Virus record (IMG/VR): IMGVR_UViG_3300032893_000001
Span: 24,183 to 88,182 of that record
Direction: 5' to 3' (one strand)
Length of the DNA stretch: 64,000 bases
From: a virus
The position numbers and the translations under genes are program-made. A model generated the notes under the pieces. That model saw only the letters and a program-made list of their open reading frames with translations, was not told where the DNA came from and made no database searches. This document shows positions 46,644 through 55,500 of this stretch, piece after piece; position 1 is the first letter of the stretch, and each line of letters begins with the position of its first letter.

Positions 46644-48438
46644 GACCTGACTCCTCCAGAAGGGTGATGTTTTGCTTGGCTTCATCGATCATCTCTTGAG
46701 GGATGTCCCCTTCTTCGAGGTAGATCTCCAAGACCTTGCGAGCCCAGAAGAGCGCCTCCTGGTCCATGTGGAGCGCTCCGTACGTCATCGCGAGACGAAT
46801 CGCCGGGATGTACGAGTAGTACGACAGGTCGATCCACCACATCGTGAAAGGCGGACGTCCGATTCCGAGGGACGCGTAGCGGTAGAACTGAAGGGCTTCT
46901 TCGAAGCGATCGAGCTCGAAGGCCAAGTCACCGAGCCAGACCCAATGATCGGTGCGCGTCCAGTCGTCCGACACGCACTCGAGAAGCGTCTGCCGTGCCT
47001 CGAGCATCAGCTCGAGGTACTTCGCCGGCTCGCTTTCCTTGAAGGTCTTGGCCTGCTGCGCGAGCATCTTCGCCAGAACGAGACGCGCGTTGTAGCGCAT
47101 CGGGCCGTTGTTGCGCTTGAGGGAGAGGAACTCCCGCAGGCGGTCCATCGCGCGCTCCGGGTGATGCTCGCGCCACTCGATGGCCAAGTAGTAGAGCGAC
47201 TGCTCGTTCTGGTTGTGAAGCCAGTCGTCCATGAGCGTGATGCGGTTCTGCGCGCGGCGCTGCACAGCACGGGACACCTCACGCTCGTGAACACGCTCGT
47301 GGAGTGTCTGCACGTTCGGAAGACCGACGTCGTCACGGTACCCCTCGGGGTACGACAGGATGTTGTGCGTCGAGCGCTTGTAGCGAATCTTCGGATCGTT
47401 GCGGCAAAGCCACGGGAAGCCCCATCGCTGACGATTGCCCGCCGGACCGCCCGTGCGCAGAACACTGACGACCTTCACTTCTTGCGGAAGACGATCGAGC
47501 GACAAGAGCTCGTTGACTCCGGACAGAAGGTACTCGTGCCCCTCCGTCATGAAGATCCAATCCCCGGTGCATCGGTCCATGCACTGGTTGCGGATGTTGC
47601 CGAAGTGAACGCCGTTGGTCGCCTTCACCTTCTCCTCCCCTTTGCCCTCCGGGCTCTCGAGGAAGAAGACGACGTCCGCGTACTTCTCGGCGATGTCCCA
47701 CGTCTTGTCGACCGTGCGCGGATCGACACCGACGACCATCTCGTCGGCCACGCCACGGAAAGACGCCAAGGTGAGCGCGAGGTCTGCCTCTTCGTCACGG
47801 ACGGGGAGCGTCACGCTCATCTTGAAGTTCTTCGGGAAGCCGCAGACACCGAGCAGGAAGGCGGGCGCCCGCGTGTCCGGTTGCACAGGCCCCATGCATT
47901 CGACGCGCACGAACTCGAAGTGCTTCTTCAAGTCTTCGAGGAAGCTCTTCGCGGTGTACTTGATCGTGTGCTGCTCTTCTTCGTCCGGACCGAGACGATC
48001 GTTCGGAACTGAGAAGAAGCAGTACTGGCTCTTGGCGGCGTGGCGAAAGAGTCGCTCTCGCGCTTGCTCGGAGAGATGCTCGATGACCTCCGTTGCGATG
48101 AAGACGGAGGTGATCGGCAGCAGAAGATCTTCGGATTCGAGATCGACGGGCCACGTCGGCAGTCCTGCCTCTCGCGCCTGCGCGAGCGCGGCCGCGCTGT
48201 GATCTGCAACGGACACCGCGCAGCCCTGCTCCTTCAACAGGCTGGCAAGGATGCCGACTCCGCCACCGACATCGAGCACGGACGACCCGGTTGGCGTGAG
48301 CTCCACGATACGGTTGTAGACGTCCGCCAACGCCTGACCGCGCCAGCTCGAGCGACCTTCCTCGCTCCAGAGCTGGTCCCACTTTGCACGGCTGTTCGCC
48401 TCTCGTGCGTTCGACTGTACGGAAAAAGCAGCGCTCAT
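46630..48438 (-). CDS. SAM-dependent methyltransferase - GT2-type glycosyltransferase - TPR fusion
   Basis: VLDVGGGVG and TEVIEHL (MTase); LPVRDEE...ADEMVVGVD..TVDKT...FGNIRN...GDWIF (GT-A); C-terminal TPR-like helices. Confidence 0.85.
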   Translation of the reverse strand: MSAAFSVQSNAREANSRAKWDQLWSEEGRSSWRGQALADVYNRIVELTPTGSSVLDVGGGVGILASLLKEQGCAVSVADHSAAALAQAREAGLPTWPVDLESEDLLLPITSVFIATEVIEHLSEQARERLFRHAAKSQYCFFSVPNDRLGPDEEEQHTIKYTAKSFLEDLKKHFEFVRVECMGPVQPDTRAPAFLLGVCGFPKNFKMSVTLPVRDEEADLALTLASFRGVADEMVVGVDPRTVDKTWDIAEKYADVVFFLESPEGKGEEKVKATNGVHFGNIRNQCMDRCTGDWIFMTEGHEYLLSGVNELLSLDRLPQEVKVVSVLRTGGPAGNRQRWGFPWLCRNDPKIRYKRSTHNILSYPEGYRDDVGLPNVQTLHERVHEREVSRAVQRRAQNRITLMDDWLHNQNEQSLYYLAIEWREHHPERAMDRLREFLSLKRNNGPMRYNARLVLAKMLAQQAKTFKESEPAKYLELMLEARQTLLECVSDDWTRTDHWVWLGDLAFELDRFEEALQFYRYASLGIGRPPFTMWWIDLSYYSYIPAIRLAMTYGALHMDQEALFWARKVLEIYLEEGDIPQEMIDEAKQNITLLEESGHGQQ

Positions 48439-48701
48439 CGGTCTCCCTTCGAGGCGACGATACGAGCAAGCTCCGACCCGAATCCTGTCGCCAACGCGGT
48501 AGCATACTTCGGCTGACCTAGAAGCGTCGACAAGAAGATGGCTGCCAAGGGGTGCTGCCGCGCCATGCCGGCCTGAGCACCGCGAACGGTGTAGGGGTTG
48601 CCGAGGATCGAGCGTCGAACGGGCAGCTCCGCGCGGCGCGCGTAGAGCTCCTCGCGTTCTTCAGGGGTCAACCCCGCCTCGTACGCACTCATCTGCGGCA
48701 T
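48435..48701 (-). CDS. Small hypothetical protein
   Basis: 88 aa; coupled to the GT gene; candidate promoter 11 nt upstream. Confidence 0.55.
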   Translation of the reverse strand: MPQMSAYEAGLTPEEREELYARRAELPVRRSILGNPYTVRGAQAGMARQHPLAAIFLSTLLGQPKYATALATGFGSELARIVASKGDR

Positions 48702-48703
48702 GG

Positions 48704-49447
48704 CTAGGCTGTAGGATACCGCAGAAATGTCGATATCCCCTCATCGCTGACCAAGTCGCACAAATCAGGGCTTTGCAGGATGGTCTCGAACCGCGCGGGC
48801 TGTCCATCGAGCAAAACGTCTCGAGCGATCAGCCGAACGCCGTGGCTGTAGTCGACGTAGGTGTCGGAATGGCTGACGGGATTCAGCGGCTGAATCGGGT
48901 GCCCGGTGAGCTCGTGCCACCCGTAAATGGCGACGTGCTTCGGATGCTGAACGAGCTGCGGAGTGAGGACGATGTCCTTCTTGTGCCCCGCAAGCATGCC
49001 CGCGCGCCCCGCGCGCTGCTGCTCGATGATGACGTTGTGCCGCTGAAAGGCGTCGGTGCTGACCATCTGCGTGGTGGGCGCCAGCGGACGCGGAGTGACC
49101 TGAATCTCGGCCAGCCTCCAGATTTGATCGACGACCCTGCGCGTGGGCAACGTCGCGTCGAAGCTGTCCGCGATGAGCTGGGCCGTTCGTGGCCACATCG
49201 GCATTCGGATGAAGTCGTCATCCGTTCCGATGCAGAAGTAGTCGGGCAGCACGTCGAGCACGACGCAGTGACTGCCCGAGGTCAAGCTCACCTGAAAGGG
49301 CATCCGCATGAAGCTCGGGACATTGCCAAGCGCGAGCTGCTGAAGAATCGCGTCTTCTCGCACCTGCCCCATGTTCTGGTAGATCGAGGCCACAAACTGC
49401 GACCCCGTCATCGATTGATCAACGCGATCGGGAATCGTGAAGCCCAT
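48704..49447 (-). CDS. Enzyme-like hypothetical protein (possible cell-wall hydrolase)
   Basis: Soluble 247 aa with motif-like GHKKD, AIYGWH, IQP and HSDTYVDYSHG; function not established. Confidence 0.5.
   Translation of the reverse strand: MGFTIPDRVDQSMTGSQFVASIYQNMGQVREDAILQQLALGNVPSFMRMPFQVSLTSGSHCVVLDVLPDYFCIGTDDDFIRMPMWPRTAQLIADSFDATLPTRRVVDQIWRLAEIQVTPRPLAPTTQMVSTDAFQRHNVIIEQQRAGRAGMLAGHKKDIVLTPQLVQHPKHVAIYGWHELTGHPIQPLNPVSHSDTYVDYSHGVRLIARDVLLDGQPARFETILQSPDLCDLVSDEGISTFLRYPTA
48713..48723 (-). promoter_or_regulatory. Candidate structural-strand promoter TGCGG-TATCCT
   Basis: 11 nt upstream of SD-less ATG 48701 (same spacing as at 1611); lies inside the 3' end of the upstream gene. 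Confidence 0.5.
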
Positions 49448-49456
49448 GGCCCCTCG

Positions 49457-51412
49457 CTAGATGATGACGCCCCACGAGCTCGAGTTGTTGCCGAGACGAC
49501 TGGACGCCCACGAAGTCTTGTCCGCGGGGTTCCAAACCATCAGGCCACCGCCACCCTCGCGCAAGTCGAGGATGACCGTGTTGGTCTCGACGTTCTGTCC
49601 GACCAAGTAGTAGTGCGTGTCGTCGCTCGTCACGATGACGCGGTGGTCGTTCGAAAGGAAGACGCGGCAGCCGGGAAGCGCCGCGATCGACGTGAGGTAC
49701 CCCGTGATCGTCGGAGTCGTCACGAGATTCGACCAAGACACGCCGCCGTCGGTCGATCGCAAGATCATCGAGACCTGCGCCATCGTGTCGTAGACGAGGA
49801 CGTACCAGTACCCAGTCGAGCGATCGTACGTCGGGTGCGCGACGTGCGAGGTAGCTCCCGACATCGCGACGTCGAGGTTGACTTGGACGTTCGTCCAACC
49901 CACGCCGCCGTTGGTCGAGTACATGATGTTGATCTTCGCCGTCGGCGCCGCGGTGTCATCGAGGAAGGCTGCGATGACGCGTCCGGGAATCGCTTTCATC
50001 TGCGGAGTGGCCGCCGTTCCCGTGTACCCGCTCCACGCTGCGGGCACTGCGCGCGCCGTCCACGTCACGCTGTCCGGAGAGGTGTCGACGTAGATGCCGG
50101 AGGCGCCCGAGCGGTACGCTGCGATGAACAACGCCGCGGTGTTCTCCCACGCGAGTCGTCCATCCGACACGCTGTGACTGACGGCGTTCACGTGTGAAGC
50201 GAACGTGTACGTGTGGTACGCCGAACGCGCTCCGGAGTAGACCGTACGAGTGCCGCTGCAAAGGATGGAGAGAACGTTGCCCGTCGTCTGTGCAGACACG
50301 TCGATCAAGGGCAGCGAAGCACCGAGAAGACCGACGAGGCTGATCCACGACTTGCCGAAGTCGGGGGACGTCACGAGGTAGTCGTTGCCGCCGTCACCGA
50401 CTGCGAACCACTGCTGGTCCACCGCGTAGAAGTACCCACGCTTGATGTTCAACGCGGCCGTGCTGACCGCCGAACCGAAGTTCAGCGGCGGGAGCTCCAT
50501 CTGCGCAAGGTTCATGTCGTAGACGGTGTTGTTCCACGACGAGAGCGGCCACGAGGCTCCATTGCCGTGCAGCGACACGAGGAGCGTCTCGATCGTACTG
50601 ACGGCTTGATCCAGCGTGTAGATGGTGTTGTCCCACGGAGCGTTCCACGCCTCGGCGTTGCCGTGGAGAGCCGCGAGCTGAGACTTGATCGTGGTGATGT
50701 CCGCTGCGTTTGCGATCACGCCTTGGTTGAGGCCGTAGATCGTGTTGTCCCACGCCGCATTCCACGCCTCTCCGTTTCCATGGAGCTGACGGAAGAGCTC
50801 TTCGACCTGGGCATCGACAGCGACGGCGCCACGAACGCGCATGTTCATGAAGGCGTCTGCTGGAAGCGTCGCGAGGTTCGCGCGCTGCCCGTAGTAGATG
50901 CGGTATGTCTGACCCGTCGGGATCGAGACGTTGAACGTCACGGTGAGGTTGCCGACGGAGAAGCCCGCGCCGAGCGCATCGGGTCCGATCGAGGACACCA
51001 CGATCTTGGTGCCAGAGACATCGATGTCGTCGTCGTTCGCATCAGTGACGTGGAAGAGGTCGAGCAGAGTGTCTCCGATACCGCCAACGAAGATGCCGGG
51101 ACCGGTGATCGTGACACTCGCAACGGGAGAGCCTGGAGTGACATCCGCTGTCCGCGTCAACGACGCGATGTCTCGATGCATCAAGTCGTCGAGGTGGTCG
51201 GTGTTCTGCGCGAGCGCGCTGTTCGGACGATTGATGTCGGCGCTCGTCGCGTCTTCACCGAAGGCGACGAAGTACGTACCGGCGTTGGGACCACCGACTT
51301 TCGCACCATCGGCCGCCGCAGGCGTTCCGGAGATCGCGTTGTTGATGTAGTCGTACCCACCAGGAAGGCCGCCGTAGTACGTGGGGACGGTGAGGCGATG
51401 GAAGGTCGTCAT
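49457..51412 (-). CDS. Tail fibre/spike with coiled-coil repeats and C-terminal Asp-box beta-propeller
   Basis: Three LHGN..W...W.NT.Y repeats; Asp-boxes SPDFGKSW, STNGGVGW, STDGGVSW. Confidence 0.7.
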   Translation of the reverse strand: MTTFHRLTVPTYYGGLPGGYDYINNAISGTPAAADGAKVGGPNAGTYFVAFGEDATSADINRPNSALAQNTDHLDDLMHRDIASLTRTADVTPGSPVASVTITGPGIFVGGIGDTLLDLFHVTDANDDDIDVSGTKIVVSSIGPDALGAGFSVGNLTVTFNVSIPTGQTYRIYYGQRANLATLPADAFMNMRVRGAVAVDAQVEELFRQLHGNGEAWNAAWDNTIYGLNQGVIANAADITTIKSQLAALHGNAEAWNAPWDNTIYTLDQAVSTIETLLVSLHGNGASWPLSSWNNTVYDMNLAQMELPPLNFGSAVSTAALNIKRGYFYAVDQQWFAVGDGGNDYLVTSPDFGKSWISLVGLLGASLPLIDVSAQTTGNVLSILCSGTRTVYSGARSAYHTYTFASHVNAVSHSVSDGRLAWENTAALFIAAYRSGASGIYVDTSPDSVTWTARAVPAAWSGYTGTAATPQMKAIPGRVIAAFLDDTAAPTAKINIMYSTNGGVGWTNVQVNLDVAMSGATSHVAHPTYDRSTGYWYVLVYDTMAQVSMILRSTDGGVSWSNLVTTPTITGYLTSIAALPGCRVFLSNDHRVIVTSDDTHYYLVGQNVETNTVILDLREGGGGLMVWNPADKTSWASSRLGNNSSSWGVII

Positions 51413-51421
51413 GCCGCGCTC

Positions 51422-52081
51422 CTAGAACCGGATCGTCCACAGAACCTCGAGGGCGAATGCGCTCGTCTTCGAGATCGTGTCGAAGGTGTCGTATGCGATG
51501 AACGTGTTGTTGTAGACGTTGATGTAGTTCGGATTGGTCGAGTGCAGGAACAGACCGATCTCCGAGAGAGGCACGGAGAGAAACGGCCCGTAGCTGATCT
51601 CCGACTCCGAAACAATGCGCTGAAAGGTGACCGACGTCGCCGTGTTGTGCACCGCCGGCGCAGCAACCTGCCCGAGCCACACGTCGCCTGCGTCGTACGG
51701 CGGAAGCGCCGGAGAGCCAGGAATCGGGCTCGAGAAGCGCACTGGGCGCTCGAGCTGCACGACCGTCGCGTCCGTGTCCGTCTGCGTGTTCGTACCGGGG
51801 TAGTAGTTCGAGTACGGCGGATTGTTCGCGATCGTGAGCTGAAGCTGTCGCGTGCCGCCGATGCCGAACCCGAGGTAGCGAACACGACGATCTTCCTGCG
51901 CGACGACCGGCGAAACGACGCCAGATGCAGGGAGCGACTGGTACGCGATGAGCTGCGGAAGATAGCCACGACCGAGGTTGACCCAGATGTTGTGGCCCTT
52001 GTGCCGGCGAACGATCTTCCCGCGCTCTCGCACGGTGATGTGCAGGTTGGACTTCGCCTCGATGATTTCGGAAAGCCGCAT
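51422..52081 (-). CDS. Tail-collar / baseplate fibre-anchoring protein
   Basis: HNIWVNLG, GFGIGG, SEIGLF, ISKTSAF..W.IRF; paralogue of 46152-46643. Confidence 0.65.
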   Translation of the reverse strand: MRLSEIIEAKSNLHITVRERGKIVRRHKGHNIWVNLGRGYLPQLIAYQSLPASGVVSPVVAQEDRRVRYLGFGIGGTRQLQLTIANNPPYSNYYPGTNTQTDTDATVVQLERPVRFSSPIPGSPALPPYDAGDVWLGQVAAPAVHNTATSVTFQRIVSESEISYGPFLSVPLSEIGLFLHSTNPNYINVYNNTFIAYDTFDTISKTSAFALEVLWTIRF

Positions 52082-52082
52082 G

Positions 52083-52583
52083 TCAGCCTCGCGCCTCTTG
52101 AATCTTACCGAACTCGTCGAGGAACCCCAACCATGTCGCAGAGGAGATCTTCACGAGCTTCTTGCCCGACGAAAGAAGCTGCTTCAGCCGCTCCATCGGC
52201 ACCGACTTCACCGGCCCCAAGAACTTCGGACTGTCGTAGTGCGCCAGGTACGACTTGATGGCGTGCTCCCGGTTCTTGAACCCGAGCATCACCTTGTCCT
52301 CGTCGTACCCCTTGCCCGAAGGCTTGTGCTGGTGCACGACGTGCGCTTCTGTCGCGTCCTTGTGCGGCCCGAGGAAGACATCGACGCCTTCTCCGTCAGC
52401 GCCCTTCGACCCCTTCACGTAGCCGTACGGGTTCTTCATGACCGTACGCCATTCTTTCCCCGTGGTCTTGTCGACCCCGCTACGGACAGACCCCTTACGA
52501 TTCTCGATAGCGATCGGAAGTCCCTGAAAGGTCGTGTGACCTTGCAGCTTGAACTCCTTCTTCGGGGCTTCTTGTTCGCTCAT
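52083..52583 (-). CDS. Inorganic pyrophosphatase-like domain protein (polyvalent-protein type)
   Basis: IENRKGSVRSG, YGYVKGSKGADGEGVDVFLGP, YDEDKVMLGF. Confidence 0.8.
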   Translation of the reverse strand: MSEQEAPKKEFKLQGHTTFQGLPIAIENRKGSVRSGVDKTTGKEWRTVMKNPYGYVKGSKGADGEGVDVFLGPHKDATEAHVVHQHKPSGKGYDEDKVMLGFKNREHAIKSYLAHYDSPKFLGPVKSVPMERLKQLLSSGKKLVKISSATWLGFLDEFGKIQEARG

Positions 52584-55500
52584 AGGGACTTGTGCGTGTA
52601 GTAGTTGCCCGCCGGCAGGATGGTGTCGACCTGAAACACGGTACCGTGGCAGAGGGCCACGACCAGATCGTGCAAGTAAGGACGGCGATTTCCACCGCCG
52701 TCCGGAACGAGGGACGCCGTGATGACGTCGCCGGCGATCACCGTAATCGCAGGAATCACCGTCGGCAAGAAGGTCGCCCAGGGTAGCACTCCGCCAGGCG
52801 CCGCGAGCGTAAAAGCCACGTCGATGACCTGCACGGCATTCTTGAAGATGCGCAGGCGGAATGCGTCACTCGTCGCTCCGGGATCGCCGTTGTAGATGAG
52901 CACGAGAACGTTGTAGGTCGCTCCCGCGCCCATCGTCACCGGGTCCTCGAGCGCGAGTCCTGCCGATGGAACGGAAGTGACGTGCTTGCGACCGAACGTG
53001 ATTCCCTTGTCGTCGATGGCAGGGATGTCGAAACGGAAGACGCTGTCGACGGTGGGCGTGCCGCCTCCCCACGTCTCTGTTGCGATGCCGACCATCTGCT
53101 GGTCTGCCGTCATCGGTCGATCAAAACCGAACGACGTCGCCGCGTCGGGTGTCGGGCTCGTCGGCAGCGTGTTTCCCTGCATGCTCGCCGTGTCGGTGTC
53201 GTACGCGTTCTGGTACGCACCCGTGGCGTTGCCGGTCAGCATGTTGATCGGACCGCCAGGCGCCGCGAGCACGCCAGGAGAAGGATCGGGAACATCGAAC
53301 GCGGTCACCGTGCCAGGCACGGAGAACATCGCACCGTCTTGAAGATCGAGAATGCCCTGCTGCTCGTAGAGATCTGTCGTCGTGACTTCCGCGTCTGCGA
53401 CTCGAGCTTCGACGATGAACGTCGGGAAGGTGTACGTGGGCTTGACGCGCTTGATGAAGTTCTGCACGAACATCAACGAGGGCAGCGTGAACGCAGCGCT
53501 GTCGACTCGAACGATGAAACGGAAGAACTTCTCGATTTCGTAGAACGTGCCCTGGTTCATCCACCCCTGGAACCAGTTCGGCTGCTTGACGTAGTCGATG
53601 ACATCGGCGCCCTTCACAAGAGGCGCGAAGGGCTGAACGGTGTCACCGACGGCGTACGCCACACCGGTCGACGGGTTGGTCTCGAGCGCGAGAACCGCCG
53701 GGTAGTGATAGGAGCGTACGAGGTTGGGCGGGTCGGTGTCCTGCACCAAGATGCGCCCCTGCGTCGGAGAGAAGTCCGTACGGATCTCGGTGATCGTACC
53801 GGCCACTTCTGCGAACGGCAGCCCCAGAAGAATCTGGGTACCTGCCCGCAGGTTGAACATCGTCGGTCCGTTGAGGAACGCGTACCAGATTCCGCGGACG
53901 GCGGAGAGGTAGTCGATGCTCGTCGGAAGCTGCGCGAGGTCATCCAGCGTGAACTCGACGGGGATGCCGAAGTTCGCTTCGATCGTCGGACGGTTGTCGA
54001 GGTAGTTGTACTCTCCCCACAACCGAGGCACGGGGATGATCGGGTTCGAAGTCACCCAGATCGTCGGATCGAACCGAATGCAGTTGCTGCCGCGGAAGGA
54101 CTCCAAGAAGAAGTCCAAGTTGCGACGTAGGACTTCGTTCTCGTTCGGCGTGTTGATGACGCGCTGAAGAGTCGGGATGTCGGTGATGACAGGCTCGATG
54201 GGCATGTACGTACGTCGGTACGCACCCCAGAACATGACGGCGAAGCGCAGCGGAGCAGCGAGGAAGTCACCGATCGGCGTAGGATCGAACATCACCGTGT
54301 TCGTCGCGCTGCTGATGGCGGCGATGACGGTGGATTGGTAGAAGTCGATCTGCCCAGTGGCCTCGTCGACAACCTCGATTGCGGCCACGTCTCCGGTGGT
54401 CACCAGACCGTTCCAGAAGTCGAGCTGCGTAGAGGTTGCGATCGCGGGGATGTACCACGTCGTCGAGGCCGTCAGCGGCAGTGCGTCTTTGAGAGACACG
54501 CGCTGAAAGCGCAGCGTGTCCGACGGGCTGTCGATGACGCTGTTGATGCGGACGGCGAGATTGTAGTTGCCACCGGGATCGGTGATCTGAACGACCAGCA
54601 CGTCATTCTCGCGCACGTCGATGCCGAGAAGCGAGATGTCGAGCTTGTACGTGTTCGGGTTGGTGAGGATGCCCGAGACGCCCTGGAGCGCCTGATTCTG
54701 CGCTCCCACCGTGTAGAGCGACGTGGTGCTCGTGTTCGCAACTGAGAATCCGAAGGGCGCGTAGATACGAACGAGCGAGTGCGTTCCATCCACAGGAACG
54801 ACGGTCACAACGAATCGGGTGTCCAACGCGCTAAGCGCGGCCTGAAGCTGCGTTGCGATCGTCGACGGAGTGAGCGGGTTGATCCCGCTGAAGGTCACGG
54901 AAACGGGCGCGTTGGCGAACGGGACCGTGATGTCGAGGCGCTGCCCGCTGTAGGAGCCGCCCGCGTTGAGGATCGAGATCGAGTCGATGCCGCGGAAGAT
55001 GACGCGCATCGCAGTGATCTCCGGGTACGGCTCTCGAAGAACGAGATCGTAGTGGAGCCACCGACGGATGAAGGTGCGCTGAATGTCTCGAAGGCTCTTC
55101 GAGTACTCGGACTGCCAGAGCGTGTAGAGCTCCGTCGCAGCGATCTGCGCAAGGGCTCCCCAGACGACTTCGATGCGCTCACGGTCCTCGACCAGATCCC
55201 AGAAGTCGGACAGGTAGTTCCAGACGAAGCGCAGGTCGGGAATCACGCCTCGAGGAAGAAACGACTGCACGACGTTGACGACCACGCTCTCTGTCGTCGA
55301 GTAGAGACTGCCGTTGTAGACGGTGAGGTCGAACTTGTAGAAGCCAGGAATGTCCGGATAGAACGTCGGCTTGACAGTCGTCGCTCCTGAGAGCCCAGAC
55401 TGCTTGACGATCTTGAAGTTCTCCGGTGGCAGGCTGTCCGGAAGCAGGTAGTCGGTGATCTGAACGTAGTGCCCGTTGACGTCGGTTCCAGTCGCGACGA

